From the NCBI GenBank assembly GCA_030528025.1, contig JAUMZP010000002.1, positions 134,930 to 198,929 on the forward strand: DNA of 64,000 nucleotides, read 5' to 3'. Position 1 is the first letter of the stretch, and every line of letters starts with the position of its first letter. The notes below the pieces were generated by a model that searched no databases, was not told the DNA's origin, and saw only the letters and a list, made by a program, of their open reading frames with translations. Positions 26,964 through 36,498 of this stretch are shown here, in pieces. This stretch comes from Candidatus Saccharimonadota bacterium. GTDB taxonomy: Bacteria > Patescibacteriota > Saccharimonadia > Saccharimonadales > Saccharimonadaceae. A program made the position numbers and the translations under genes.

Positions 26964-29522
26964 ATGACATACCATGCCAAGACTCCTCAGCAGACGATGG
27001 CCGACCTATCGTCTGGCATCCGTGGGCTTGATGACACCGCCGTGGCTGAGCGGCTGGAGCGCTACGGCCCGAATATCATCCGCGTTGTGCACGAACCACT
27101 GTGGCGGCGGCTCATCAAGCCATTTTGCTCGGTGTTTATGCTGGTGCTGTTTGCGGCAGCGGCGATTAGTTTCTTCCACCAGGCGGTGGTGGATGGACTG
27201 ATTATTTTGGCGATTATTCTGGTGAGTGCACTGATCGATTACACGCAGCAGCTCTCTACCGAGCGCATTATTCGCTCATTGCAAAAGCACGCTCCATTGC
27301 AGGTGCGCGTCCGTCGACATGAAGGTGAGCAATCACTTGATGCCGAGCAGCTGGTACCGGGTGATGTGATCATCGTGGAAGAGGGTGATAAGATTCCGGC
27401 TGATGCGCGGGTGCTCGAGGCACGCTCGCTCCGGGTGGATGAATCACAGCTGACGGGTGAGTCGCTCCCGATCGAGAAGAATAATGCGGTTCTCCCCATG
27501 GCAACGGCGCTCTATGAGCGGCGGAATTGTTTGTATCAGGGGTCATTTGTGATTGGTGGCAGTGCGCTTGCTATTGTGACGGCAACCGGAAATGTGACTG
27601 AATATGGTAAACTGGCTGCTCTCTCGAGTCACCCACGTGAGACGAGCCCTGTGGAGCGCACGATCAATAAGTTGGTAAGTCAAATCATCGTCGTTGTGTT
27701 GGTGGCATCAGTAGTAGCGCTCGGGCTGGCGCTGTGGCGTGGTATGGAATTCACCGCAGCGCTGCAGTTTGTGATTGCGCTTGCCGTTAGTGCAGTGCCG
27801 GAGGGGTTGCCAGTGGCAATCTCGGTGATTTTGGCTATTGGTATGCAGCGGATGGCGCGGCGCAAGGCACTAGTGCGGACGATGGCGGCAATTGAGACAG
27901 TTGGCGTCGTGACGACAATCGCTACAGACAAGACGGGCACCCTCACGCGCAACAAACTCACTGTCCAGGCCATCTGGGCACCGGGTAACCGTACTGATCC
28001 ACTACTCCAGACACTGGCTGGCAGCACCTTGCCTAATAGCCGGAGCAAGATGTATGATCCACTCGATCGAGCCTTTGCCGCCTATTGCAACGAGCAGCGC
28101 GTCTCGCGGCCGCAGCGCCGAGCAGGTTTGACGCTCTTTCCCTTTGAACACAAGCTGGCGATGAGTGGCACACTCCAGGCAGTCGGTACTGGGCAATATC
28201 GCCTGTGTGTGAAGGGTGCGCCAGAGGCGATCATTCGCCATGCGCGGCTTTCTAGTACTGATAAGCGCGCGACGCTCCAGGCTTTGCAGCAGCTCACGGG
28301 GCAGGGGTATAGGGTGATTGCCTTGGCGTATACGGCGCTTCGCACGTCGATTGATTCGCTGGAGCAATTGCCAGCCCGTCAGGGGTTGCAGTTTGCGGGG
28401 CTGGTTGGTGTGGCAGACAGCGTGCGGCCAGAGGCTCGGCCGTCGATTGCTCGGGCACGCCAAGCAGGTATCACAGTGCGGATGATTACTGGCGATCATT
28501 TTGAGACGGCGTATCAGATTGGGCGGCAACTCGGCCTCGTGCGGGGGCGCGATGAGGTGTATGATTGCCGACGGCTTGGCCAATTGAGCGACGGTGAGCT
28601 CGCTACAGTGGTGGCCCGGGCACGCGTCTTCTCGCGGGTCATACCAGAGCACAAGCATCGCATCCTCACAGCGCTCAATGCGACGGATATTACTGCCATG
28701 ACGGGCGATGGTGTCAATGATATCCCCGCACTGACTAATGCTAATGTTGGTATCGCGATGGGCTCGGGGGCGCAGATAGCGCGCGATGCTGGCGATATTA
28801 TCTTGCTCGATAACAACTTCCGCTCCATCATCAGTGCCGTGCATGAGGGGCGGACGATCTACGCTAATATCAAGCGTATGGTGGTGTATTTGCTTGCGAC
28901 GAACCTTGGTGAGGTGTTAGTGTCGATCGGCTCACTACTAGTGGGCTTGCCTATCCCGCTTTTGCCGGTGCAGATCTTGTGGGTCAATTTGGTGACGGAT
29001 ACAACGATGGTTATCCCATTGGGGGTCGAGCCAGGCTCACCCCAAGCAATGCGTCGATCGCCATACCATCCCAAAGCACCGCTACTCAGTCGCTTTATAC
29101 TGAGCCGGGTTGGGCTTATCGCGGTGGTGATGGCGGTTATCACATTGGGGCTCTACAGTATGTATTATCACTCGCACGGCGAAGGATATGCGCGCACTAT
29201 TGCCTTCTGTACACTAGTGGTGATGCAGTGGGCGAGCGCTCTCGCTGCCCGCAGTGATTACGAACCTGTCTGGCGACGCGCTCGACGGTGGAGTACAGCA
29301 TTTTATGGTGGCTTGGCAGTGTCGATTGCGCTCCAGCTGGTTGCGCTGTTTGGGCCGCTTGAGCAGTGGCTCCATGTGGCGCCCGTCTCGTGGAGCGATG
29401 GCGTCTTTGTCTGGATCGTGGCGTTCTTCGTCCCACTGGCGATTATCGAAGGGCACAAGTGGCTTGGCCGCACCTACTTTGGCAAAGGGCACGCTGTGGT
29501 GCGTTCGCGTCGACGGCGGTAA
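26964..29522 (+). CDS. Calcium-translocating P-type ATPase (type II)
   Basis: Phosphorylation motif 'DKTGTLT', 'MITGDH', 'TGDGVNDIPAL', M4 'VPEGLP' and M6 'NLVTD', which are typical of Ca-ATPases. The track ORF extends to 26874, but the Met at 26964 is preferred. Confidence 0.9.
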   Translation: MTYHAKTPQQTMADLSSGIRGLDDTAVAERLERYGPNIIRVVHEPLWRRLIKPFCSVFMLVLFAAAAISFFHQAVVDGLIILAIILVSALIDYTQQLSTERIIRSLQKHAPLQVRVRRHEGEQSLDAEQLVPGDVIIVEEGDKIPADARVLEARSLRVDESQLTGESLPIEKNNAVLPMATALYERRNCLYQGSFVIGGSALAIVTATGNVTEYGKLAALSSHPRETSPVERTINKLVSQIIVVVLVASVVALGLALWRGMEFTAALQFVIALAVSAVPEGLPVAISVILAIGMQRMARRKALVRTMAAIETVGVVTTIATDKTGTLTRNKLTVQAIWAPGNRTDPLLQTLAGSTLPNSRSKMYDPLDRAFAAYCNEQRVSRPQRRAGLTLFPFEHKLAMSGTLQAVGTGQYRLCVKGAPEAIIRHARLSSTDKRATLQALQQLTGQGYRVIALAYTALRTSIDSLEQLPARQGLQFAGLVGVADSVRPEARPSIARARQAGITVRMITGDHFETAYQIGRQLGLVRGRDEVYDCRRLGQLSDGELATVVARARVFSRVIPEHKHRILTALNATDITAMTGDGVNDIPALTNANVGIAMGSGAQIARDAGDIILLDNNFRSIISAVHEGRTIYANIKRMVVYLLATNLGEVLVSIGSLLVGLPIPLLPVQILWVNLVTDTTMVIPLGVEPGSPQAMRRSPYHPKAPLLSRFILSRVGLIAVVMAVITLGLYSMYYHSHGEGYARTIAFCTLVVMQWASALAARSDYEPVWRRARRWSTAFYGGLAVSIALQLVALFGPLEQWLHVAPVSWSDGVFVWIVAFFVPLAIIEGHKWLGRTYFGKGHAVVRSRRRR

Positions 29523-30067
29523 GGTGCCATTTTGCACCCTTGCTATTGCTTTATGGCAAGTGGTGTAGTTTCATACACATATGACAACACACTATGAAAC
29601 TACCCCCCCTCGATTGCTGACACCTATGACCAGCAGCCGACACCTACACCAATGACGCGCCTGGAGGCGATCGAGTATATAGTAAGTAAAACGGATTTCG
29701 ATTATCCTGAGACACCGTTTCGACGGAGAGATCCATATACAGTAACGGCTTCTGAGATTAGCCAGATGACAGATAACGAGCTGAGGGATTATACGAAAGC
29801 CTTGCAAACCGTCAATACTTTTGGGGCAACAGTACCGCGTGAACGCCGCGCTGACGAATAGGACTAATCTGTGTTAGCTTGAAAACAAAACCATCTTTCT
29901 ATATGGTGAGTTTTCTTGCTAATTTCGACAAATGACGGGCGGAATACACTAGAGTGTAATAGGTGGAGCTGGGGGGTAGACCTCAGGAAGCTCGTGGTTT
30001 ATTATGTTCTCTGGTAATCGTAGTAGCAATAAAAAATAGCCTGCCTCTGCAGACTAAAAATGCTATA

Positions 30068-30142
30068 TGGCTGGGGTGGAGGGATTCGAACCCCCGCATG
30101 ACGGGACCAGAACCCGTTGCCTTACCACTTGGCGACACCCCA
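30068..30142 (-). tRNA. tRNA-Gln, anticodon CTG
   Basis: Reverse complement is TGGGGTGTCGCCAAGTGGTAAGGCAACGGGTTCTGGTCCCGTCATGCGGGGGTTCGAATCCCTCCACCCCAGCCA. U1-A72 and G73 are typical of tRNA-Gln. Confidence 0.85.
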
Positions 30143-30424
30143 TCGCTGTAGATACTGTAGCACAGGCAGGGGTGGTTTTCAAGCTGTTTGCGTCGAAACT
30201 ACGCGGCTTTATCGTATTGCCTACTCACCCTCTTTCTTGTTAGTTCATTCGAATAATGGTAGCTTGTCGCCAAGTAAACAAGTCCTCTAGCTTCGCACAC
30301 GAAATGAAAACTCAATAAAGATATTCATTCTCTCATTGCGCTAGCAGGGAGCGTGGGGAGTAGATAGAGGATATAAACTCATCAGGCGCTAGTAATTAAG
30401 ATGCGGGTATGTAATCTAAGAGTG

Positions 30425-30922
30425 TTAAAACTCATCCTTCACTTCGTGTGCAACATATAGCGCCGCTAGCGCAAACAACAGCGACATGAGCGACACTAGC
30501 GCGGCCAGTGGCATCATGAATATATTGAGGATGAAGCCAATCACCGCAAAGAGACCAATTACTAGGGCACTACATACCGCAAGCACCCAGCCTTGTTTGC
30601 GCCGTTCGCGCAAGGGGAGGACTGCAAGGCCAGCAACGATTCCTTGAGTAATGACACACAGCAATGCCACAACAAGATAAACTCGCCGTGCAGTCAGCGA
30701 CGAAGATACTTGTGGCGCAACCATCATCAGCAAGGTACTTACCTTTGATGCAAAAGCCTGATACAGTTGGATAAGCAAGGATATTCCGTACCCAGCATTA
30801 ACAACCGCAACCAGCAGCATCATAATCCAGAGGTTATCACGAAACCACTGCTTCATGGCAGCGCTCATGCGGGGGAGGGGTTGGCAAAGTTTGGTGAGAG
30901 TAGTCGTCAATACATCAATCAT
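30425..30922 (-). CDS. Hypothetical 4-TM membrane protein
   Basis: 165 aa with hydrophobic helices. No motif recognised. Confidence 0.45.
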   Translation of the reverse strand: MIDVLTTTLTKLCQPLPRMSAAMKQWFRDNLWIMMLLVAVVNAGYGISLLIQLYQAFASKVSTLLMMVAPQVSSSLTARRVYLVVALLCVITQGIVAGLAVLPLRERRKQGWVLAVCSALVIGLFAVIGFILNIFMMPLAALVSLMSLLFALAALYVAHEVKDEF

Positions 30923-31019
30923 AATGTTAGTATATCATCTTGGGATAAGTCGTCAATTTTGCTCCTTAGCGAGTAGAATATCTCCCCAGAATTAGCTGCA
31001 AATATGATAAAATATCTCC

Positions 31020-31367
31020 ATGAAAGCAGAGCGGCTGCAAACAATGACATTTAAAATCACCGGTGGGAGCACAGTATGTCTCAATAGCCGGATTGTTGTG
31101 CAGCAAGCGCTGCGTGAGATTGCCTGGCGAGCGGGGCTCTCGGCAGTGCGCTCGGTGAGCCACGACTATGTGCCATACGGCATTGGTGTGGCGCTTCTCT
31201 TGCCCGAAGCGCATATTGCAGCGCGTACTTGGCCCGAGACTGGTCTGGCATACGTGACGATGACAACCTGTCAACCAGTTGAAAATGAGATGATCTCTAG
31301 CCTCGAACGCGTCCTAGGCGCTGCCTTTGTAGCCGAGCAGGTCGAGACAGGCGTGGTGAATTTATAG
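31020..31367 (+). CDS. S-adenosylmethionine decarboxylase proenzyme-like (SpeH/SpeD class 1) protein. The pyruvoyl-precursor Ser is replaced by Ala.
   Basis: 'GIGVALLLPEAHIAARTWPETGLAYVTMTTC' aligns to the AdoMetDC consensus '[32 protein letters not shown]'. The E-S-H cleavage site is E-A-H here. Confidence 0.6.
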   Translation: MKAERLQTMTFKITGGSTVCLNSRIVVQQALREIAWRAGLSAVRSVSHDYVPYGIGVALLLPEAHIAARTWPETGLAYVTMTTCQPVENEMISSLERVLGAAFVAEQVETGVVNL

Positions 31368-31450
31368 CCGCAGGGTAGGGCAGAGTACTCTCTCTAATGG
31401 GCTAATGTTCGTCGTCTTAGCAAATCTATTGAACAAATTGCGTACATACC

Positions 31451-31479
31451 TTGTCAAAATACATGTCCCATGCTATAAT
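31451..31479 (+). promoter_or_regulatory. Sigma70-like promoter TTGTCA-N17-TATAAT with TG extension, 14 nt upstream of the T4SS-ATPase ATG
   Basis: TTGTCA at 31451-31456 and TGCTATAAT at 31471-31479. Confidence 0.55.
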
Positions 31480-31493
31480 CAAAGCGCGTCATT

Positions 31494-34367
31494 ATGGCAT
31501 TTTTTACGACGTTTTTCACGATTATTCTGCAGTGGTATGTGTGGGTGCCAGTGGTGATCCTCCTCGGTTATTTGACGTGGCGCAACAATCGGCAAGTTGA
31601 TGTGCTGCGCGAGGTCGAGAGTGAACTGCTTATCCTTGAGATCCCCCGTGCCAATGATAAGTCTGAGCTAGCAGCTGAGCAAATGTTTGCCAGCCTCCAT
31701 GGTATCTTGCGTGATGCGCGCGAGCTCAAGATTAATGATGGCTACCAAGAACATCTCAGCTTTGAGATTGCGTCTGTCGGTGGACAGATTCAGTTTTATG
31801 TCTGGACGCCGCGTGCACTACGCAACTTCGTTGAGAGTCAGATTTATTCGCAGTATCCCACGGTGCAAATCCGCACCGCCACAGCCGACTATACAGCGCA
31901 CGAGCAGCAGCATAATGTCGTCTATACAGCAGAGGTTGTGCTGGCAGAGAGTGAGTTTTTGCCGATCAAGACTTTTCAGAGCTTTGAGGTTGATCCACTG
32001 GCGGGCATTACAGGTACATTAGCCAAGTTGGAGGATACGGATGATGAGATTTGGATTCAAATTTTAGTGCGCCCCGTGGCAGATGACTGGCACAAAGCAT
32101 CTGATGCGTGGGTCAAGCGCGTGCGCGGCGGTGGGCTCTTTGGCGATGCATTTCACCCCAAGGCGCGGTGGTTTAGCCAGTTCCTCATGGCGCTGTGGCA
32201 ACCACCCGAAGGCAATATGACGACAGTAACGGAGCTCTCCGATCGTGACAAAACCCGCATCGCCGAAGCCGAAAAAAAGGCCGCCAAACTGGGCTATCAG
32301 GTCAAGATTCGCGTTGCATATCTTGGCGATAGCACCACTGATGCGCGGCTGCGTATGCAGGCAATCATCGGTACCTTCAAGCAGTATAACAGCACCAACC
32401 TCAATGGTTTTACCATGAGCCACGACAGCTTCCGCAAGGAAGATCTCAACCGCTATAAGCTGCGCCTCTTTGCCGACCGTGGCTTTTTGCTCAATATTGA
32501 GGAGATGGCGAGTGTCTTTCACTTGCCACACACCAATGTTGAGACGCCCAATATCGTTTGGGCAAGCAACAAAACTGCCGAACCGCCCAACCGTCTGCCT
32601 GTCCTCACTGGTCATGCAGCTGATGACGAGAAGATCTCGGCCTTTGGTCTGACCAACTTTCGGGGAATCAACCACCAGTTTGGTATGCTGCGGAGCGATC
32701 GCTCGCGCCACGTCTACATCATCGGCCAGACAGGAGCGGGGAAGAGTGGCCTGCTGGAGCTCTTTGCCTTGAGTGATATTTATCATAATCAAGGCTATGC
32801 CATTATTGACCCGCATGGCGATTTTGCCATCGAGAATATGAAGTTCATCCCCGAGGCACGGCTAGATGACGTCGTGTACTTTAACCCTGCAGACGTCGAG
32901 CACCCGATTGGCTTTAACCCACTGGAGGTTACCAACCCAGCGCAGAAATCGACGATCTCATCAGAGGTGATTGGTGTGCTCAAGCGGATGTTTGGCGATA
33001 GTTGGGGGCCGCGGCTGGAATATATTTTGCGCTATACTATTTTGGTACTACTCGATCGGCCCGAGCCTACCATGCTTGATATCACCCGCATGCTGACGGA
33101 TAAAAAATTCCGCAAAGAGACGATCGGCTACTGCAACGATGTGGTGGTGCGGCAGTTTTGGAATGTGGAATTTGCCAGTTGGTCAGAGAAGTTCCAGACG
33201 GAGGCTATTGCGCCAGTGCTCAACAAGGTGGGAGCTTTTACGGCGAATCCCATTATCCGCAATATTATTGGTCAGACGCACTCGTCATTTAATATTCGCC
33301 AGATTATGGACGAGGGCAAGATCTTGGTAGTGAATTTGTCGAAGGGGTTGATTGGCGAGGATAATGCGGGAATTCTTGGTTCATTCTTGGTCACGAAGAT
33401 CCAGCTGGCGGCGATGAGTCGTAGCGATATCCTCGATATTCACGACCGGCGGCCATTTTATCTCTATGTCGATGAGTTCCAAAACTTCGCAACTGACAGC
33501 TTTGCCACTATCCTGAGTGAGGCACGAAAGTATGGGCTTAACCTCACTGTAGCTAATCAATATATCTCGCAGATGGAGCCAACGGTGCGTGATGCGGTCT
33601 TTGGCAACGTCGGGACAATGATCAGCTTCCGCGTCTCGCCAGACGACAGCCCGATTCTTGCTAAACAGTTTGAACCGCAGTTTGAGGAGAACGATCTCAC
33701 ACAGATGCATAATCGCAACTTCATCATCAACATGGTGATTAATGGTGAGAAGGCACCAGCCTTTAGTGCTACTACGCTTAATCTACCCGAGGCCAAGCGG
33801 AGCCATTTGTCGCGCATTATTGAGCATAGCCGTGAGCTGTATAGCCAGTCGCGCCAAACAGTAGAGGATACCATCAATGAGCGGATCCACCTGGGTAGTA
33901 CAGGGGTGAATGTAACGTTGGCAGGTCAAACGGGGACTTCAGCGGCATCGTCAGCCACCACTACGGGTGAAGGTACAGCCAAGCGCCGTCGACGTCGCCG
34001 ACGCAAGCCAGCTGGTGGCGAAGCACGCGATGAGCAGGCGACTACTGGGCAATCAAGTGCTCAATCTAGTAAGCAGGTGAAGAAGCCTATTACTCCCAGT
34101 AAAGCTGCCAAGCCAGCCACTCCTTCTCCAGGCAAAAAACCAGCGAGCACCACACCTAAGTCAGCTGAGCCACGCGATCCATCACTTCTCTCCATTCAGC
34201 ATGCCAAACCACGCACCACAATCCCGGCGCAGCTCTTACACCACCAGCCGCATACTACGCAGACTCAGTCAGATGGCCCGGTGCCACTGGCCAAGCAGCC
34301 TGATAGTACAACCTCAGCGCATGCGCACGATGAGCTTGATGACCCAACCTTCTTTGCTTTGCGTTAG
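31494..34367 (+). CDS. Type IV secretion/conjugation-type P-loop ATPase (VirD4/TraD/TrwB-VirB4 superfamily, 'T4SS DNA-binding domain' type). It has an N-terminal TM, a roughly 400-aa extension and a disordered basic K/P/A/T-rich C-terminal tail.
   Basis: Walker A 'IIGQTGAGKSGLLEL', 'AIIDPHGDFA', Walker B 'FYLYVDEFQNF' and 'EARKYGLNLTVANQYISQM'. Compare TrwB: 'GATGTGKSV', 'VIVDPNGDML', 'LWLFIDELASL', 'ARKFGLRVVAGFQSTSQL'. The C-terminus reads 'KRRRRRRRKPAGGEARDEQ...KKPITPSKAAKPATPSPGKKPASTTPK'. Confidence 0.8.
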   Translation: MAFFTTFFTIILQWYVWVPVVILLGYLTWRNNRQVDVLREVESELLILEIPRANDKSELAAEQMFASLHGILRDARELKINDGYQEHLSFEIASVGGQIQFYVWTPRALRNFVESQIYSQYPTVQIRTATADYTAHEQQHNVVYTAEVVLAESEFLPIKTFQSFEVDPLAGITGTLAKLEDTDDEIWIQILVRPVADDWHKASDAWVKRVRGGGLFGDAFHPKARWFSQFLMALWQPPEGNMTTVTELSDRDKTRIAEAEKKAAKLGYQVKIRVAYLGDSTTDARLRMQAIIGTFKQYNSTNLNGFTMSHDSFRKEDLNRYKLRLFADRGFLLNIEEMASVFHLPHTNVETPNIVWASNKTAEPPNRLPVLTGHAADDEKISAFGLTNFRGINHQFGMLRSDRSRHVYIIGQTGAGKSGLLELFALSDIYHNQGYAIIDPHGDFAIENMKFIPEARLDDVVYFNPADVEHPIGFNPLEVTNPAQKSTISSEVIGVLKRMFGDSWGPRLEYILRYTILVLLDRPEPTMLDITRMLTDKKFRKETIGYCNDVVVRQFWNVEFASWSEKFQTEAIAPVLNKVGAFTANPIIRNIIGQTHSSFNIRQIMDEGKILVVNLSKGLIGEDNAGILGSFLVTKIQLAAMSRSDILDIHDRRPFYLYVDEFQNFATDSFATILSEARKYGLNLTVANQYISQMEPTVRDAVFGNVGTMISFRVSPDDSPILAKQFEPQFEENDLTQMHNRNFIINMVINGEKAPAFSATTLNLPEAKRSHLSRIIEHSRELYSQSRQTVEDTINERIHLGSTGVNVTLAGQTGTSAASSATTTGEGTAKRRRRRRRKPAGGEARDEQATTGQSSAQSSKQVKKPITPSKAAKPATPSPGKKPASTTPKSAEPRDPSLLSIQHAKPRTTIPAQLLHHQPHTTQTQSDGPVPLAKQPDSTTSAHAHDELDDPTFFALR

Positions 34368-34626
34368 ATATGCAATGCTAATTTCTCTTAGGTCACTATT
34401 GCGTCACCTTACTCTAGAGGAGTGTGAGGGGTGTAGCGAATTTTCTTCTCAATACGAAGGTATAATATGATCAGACTTGAGAAAATCCTCGAGTGGGTAG
34501 CATAGTGAAGTAGCGCGAGGTAGGCCTTAGGCAGTCGGTGCAAACACCACAGAGGTAATCACGCGAAAAAGCCTCCTTATCCTGTGTATAACTCTGTTAC
34601 CTCGCCTCACTAACCAATGTGGATTA

Positions 34627-34635
34627 TGCTATAAT
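34627..34635 (+). promoter_or_regulatory. Extended -10 box TGCTATAAT upstream of parA
   Basis: Exact match, 26 nt before the ATG at 34662. Confidence 0.5.
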
Positions 34636-34661
34636 GGAGAGGATAAACGGAAATACGGGAC

Positions 34662-35426
34662 ATGACGGCAGTAATTTGTGTAACAAATCAAAAAGGTGGT
34701 GTTGGCAAAACGACAACAGCGATTAATGTTGCCTACTATTTGGCAAAGGCTGGCAAGAAAACCCTCGTCGTCGATTTTGACCCGCAGGGTAATGCCACTA
34801 GTGGCCTTGGCATTGATAAGCAGCTGCTTGATGCTACCATGACAGAGGTCGTCAAGAGCGAGAAGAAGCTTGCTGATATCATCCAGCCTACCGAGCACAA
34901 GAATCTTTTCATCGCACCCGCCCTGCCGCAGCTGGCTAATGCCGAAGTAGAACTGGCCAAGGCGCAGCACCGGTTTAGTCGTCTCAAAGGGGCGATCGAT
35001 GAATTAACTGGTTACGACTATATCATTATCGATAGCCCACCAAGCCTCAGTCTCCTCACCGTCAATGGGCTCATTGCAGCACGCTATGTGCTATTGCCAG
35101 TCCAGGCGGAATTTTATGCGTTGGAAGGGCTCGGGCAGCTGCTCGAGACAATGAAGCTGGTGCGCAAAAATATGAATCCAACGCTCGATCTTATTGGGGT
35201 GCTGCCCACCATGGTAGATGGTCGCACATCGCTCTCGAGCCAGGTCTTGGCTGAGATTGCAAAGCATTTTCCAGCGAAGGTGTTTGCGGAGTCTATCCCG
35301 CGCAATGTCCGCCTGGCCGAGGCACCGAGCCATGGTGCACCGATTGGGGCATATGACCGCTTTAGTCGGGGTGCACGGGCATACAAAGCCGTGACGAAAG
35401 AAATAATCGAACGAACGGGGGTATAA
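34662..35426 (+). CDS. parA: Chromosome/plasmid partitioning ATPase ParA (Soj)
   Basis: Deviant Walker A 'NQKGGVGKTTTAINVA', 'DFDPQGNAT', 254 aa. Confidence 0.9.
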   Translation: MTAVICVTNQKGGVGKTTTAINVAYYLAKAGKKTLVVDFDPQGNATSGLGIDKQLLDATMTEVVKSEKKLADIIQPTEHKNLFIAPALPQLANAEVELAKAQHRFSRLKGAIDELTGYDYIIIDSPPSLSLLTVNGLIAARYVLLPVQAEFYALEGLGQLLETMKLVRKNMNPTLDLIGVLPTMVDGRTSLSSQVLAEIAKHFPAKVFAESIPRNVRLAEAPSHGAPIGAYDRFSRGARAYKAVTKEIIERTGV

Positions 35427-36341
35427 ATGGCAAAACGAGGTTTAGGGCGGGGGTTTGATTCGCTGATTCCAGCGGAGCTACTGGACGAATCGTTCGACCC
35501 AACCGCCGACCAAGACGACCGGATTAGTGACCTGCGTCAGATCAAGCTTGCAGAAATCATGCCTGACCCTACTCAGCCGCGTCGGGTGTTTGACGAGACG
35601 CTGCTCGATGAGCTCGCTGAGTCTATCCGTGTTCATGGTGTGCTGCAACCTATCGTTGTCACCCCTGATAACAAAGGCAAATATGTCATTGTGGCTGGTG
35701 AGCGGCGCTACCGAGCTGCTACCAAGGCGGGGCTGGAGAAGATCCCGGCACTGGTGCGCACGTTGTCTGATCAGCACAAGCTCGAGCTCTCTCTTATCGA
35801 AAATATCCAACGCCAAAACCTCAACGCCATCGAAACCGCTACGGCGTATCTCAAGCTGCGCGATCAATTCAACCTTACGCTCGAGCAAATCGGCCAGCGT
35901 GTTGGTGGCAAGTCACCCAGTGCGGTAAGCAACACGCTGCGTCTCTTGCGCTTGCCTGAGGTAGTGCGCCAAGCAGTAGTCGATGGCAAGCTGAGCGAGG
36001 GGCAAGTCCGGCCGCTGATTAGCCTGGATGAAGCGCAGATTGCGGATATTCTACCTAAGATTATTCAGGAAGAGTGGAGCGCGCGGCGGATCGAGCAGTA
36101 CCTCGCTATTCTTAAGCGTACCGAGGCAAGTGACTCTGCTCAAAAGACCGCCAAGGCGCAGCGTCCAGCACCGCCACCGCAGTATACGGCTGCTAGCCAG
36201 CGCTTTGAGCAGCAGCTGAGTGCACCAGTCCAGATCCGTGGTAACCGCCGCGGGGCGGGGCAGATCGTTATCCGCTTCACGAGCGACGATGACTTCGAGC
36301 GGATCATTGGCTTGCTTGAGCATACACAGGATGAGAAGTAG
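35427..36341 (+). CDS. parB: Partition protein ParB (Spo0J)
   Basis: 'GLGRGFDSLIP', ParB box 'IVAGERRYRAA', HTH and C-terminal dimerisation region. Its start abuts the parA stop. Confidence 0.9.
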   Translation: MAKRGLGRGFDSLIPAELLDESFDPTADQDDRISDLRQIKLAEIMPDPTQPRRVFDETLLDELAESIRVHGVLQPIVVTPDNKGKYVIVAGERRYRAATKAGLEKIPALVRTLSDQHKLELSLIENIQRQNLNAIETATAYLKLRDQFNLTLEQIGQRVGGKSPSAVSNTLRLLRLPEVVRQAVVDGKLSEGQVRPLISLDEAQIADILPKIIQEEWSARRIEQYLAILKRTEASDSAQKTAKAQRPAPPPQYTAASQRFEQQLSAPVQIRGNRRGAGQIVIRFTSDDDFERIIGLLEHTQDEK

Positions 36342-36365
36342 CGGAATAAAGTGTAGCTTACAATA

Positions 36366-36398
36366 AGCCTTCTTAGAGTAGAAGGTTTATTTGTTTTT
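36366..36398 (+). terminator. Intrinsic terminator after parB
   Basis: Stem CCTTCT/AGAAGG followed by TTTATTTGTTTTT. Confidence 0.6.
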
Positions 36399-36498
36399 CG
36401 GTAAAGATCTGATAGCGTATAAATTACCCTGTAATAATGAATATATCTCTATAAAATTCAGATTCTGGATAGAGAAGTCGCCAGAACGATATTAGATG

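Noticed and set aside
28002-28844. 280-aa antisense ORF within the P-type ATPase gene
   Set aside because: It is a shadow ORF. The plus strand carries the DKTGT and TGDGVND motifs.
32064-32816. 250-aa antisense ORF within the T4SS-type ATPase gene
   Set aside because: It is a shadow ORF opposite strongly supported Walker A and B coding sequence.
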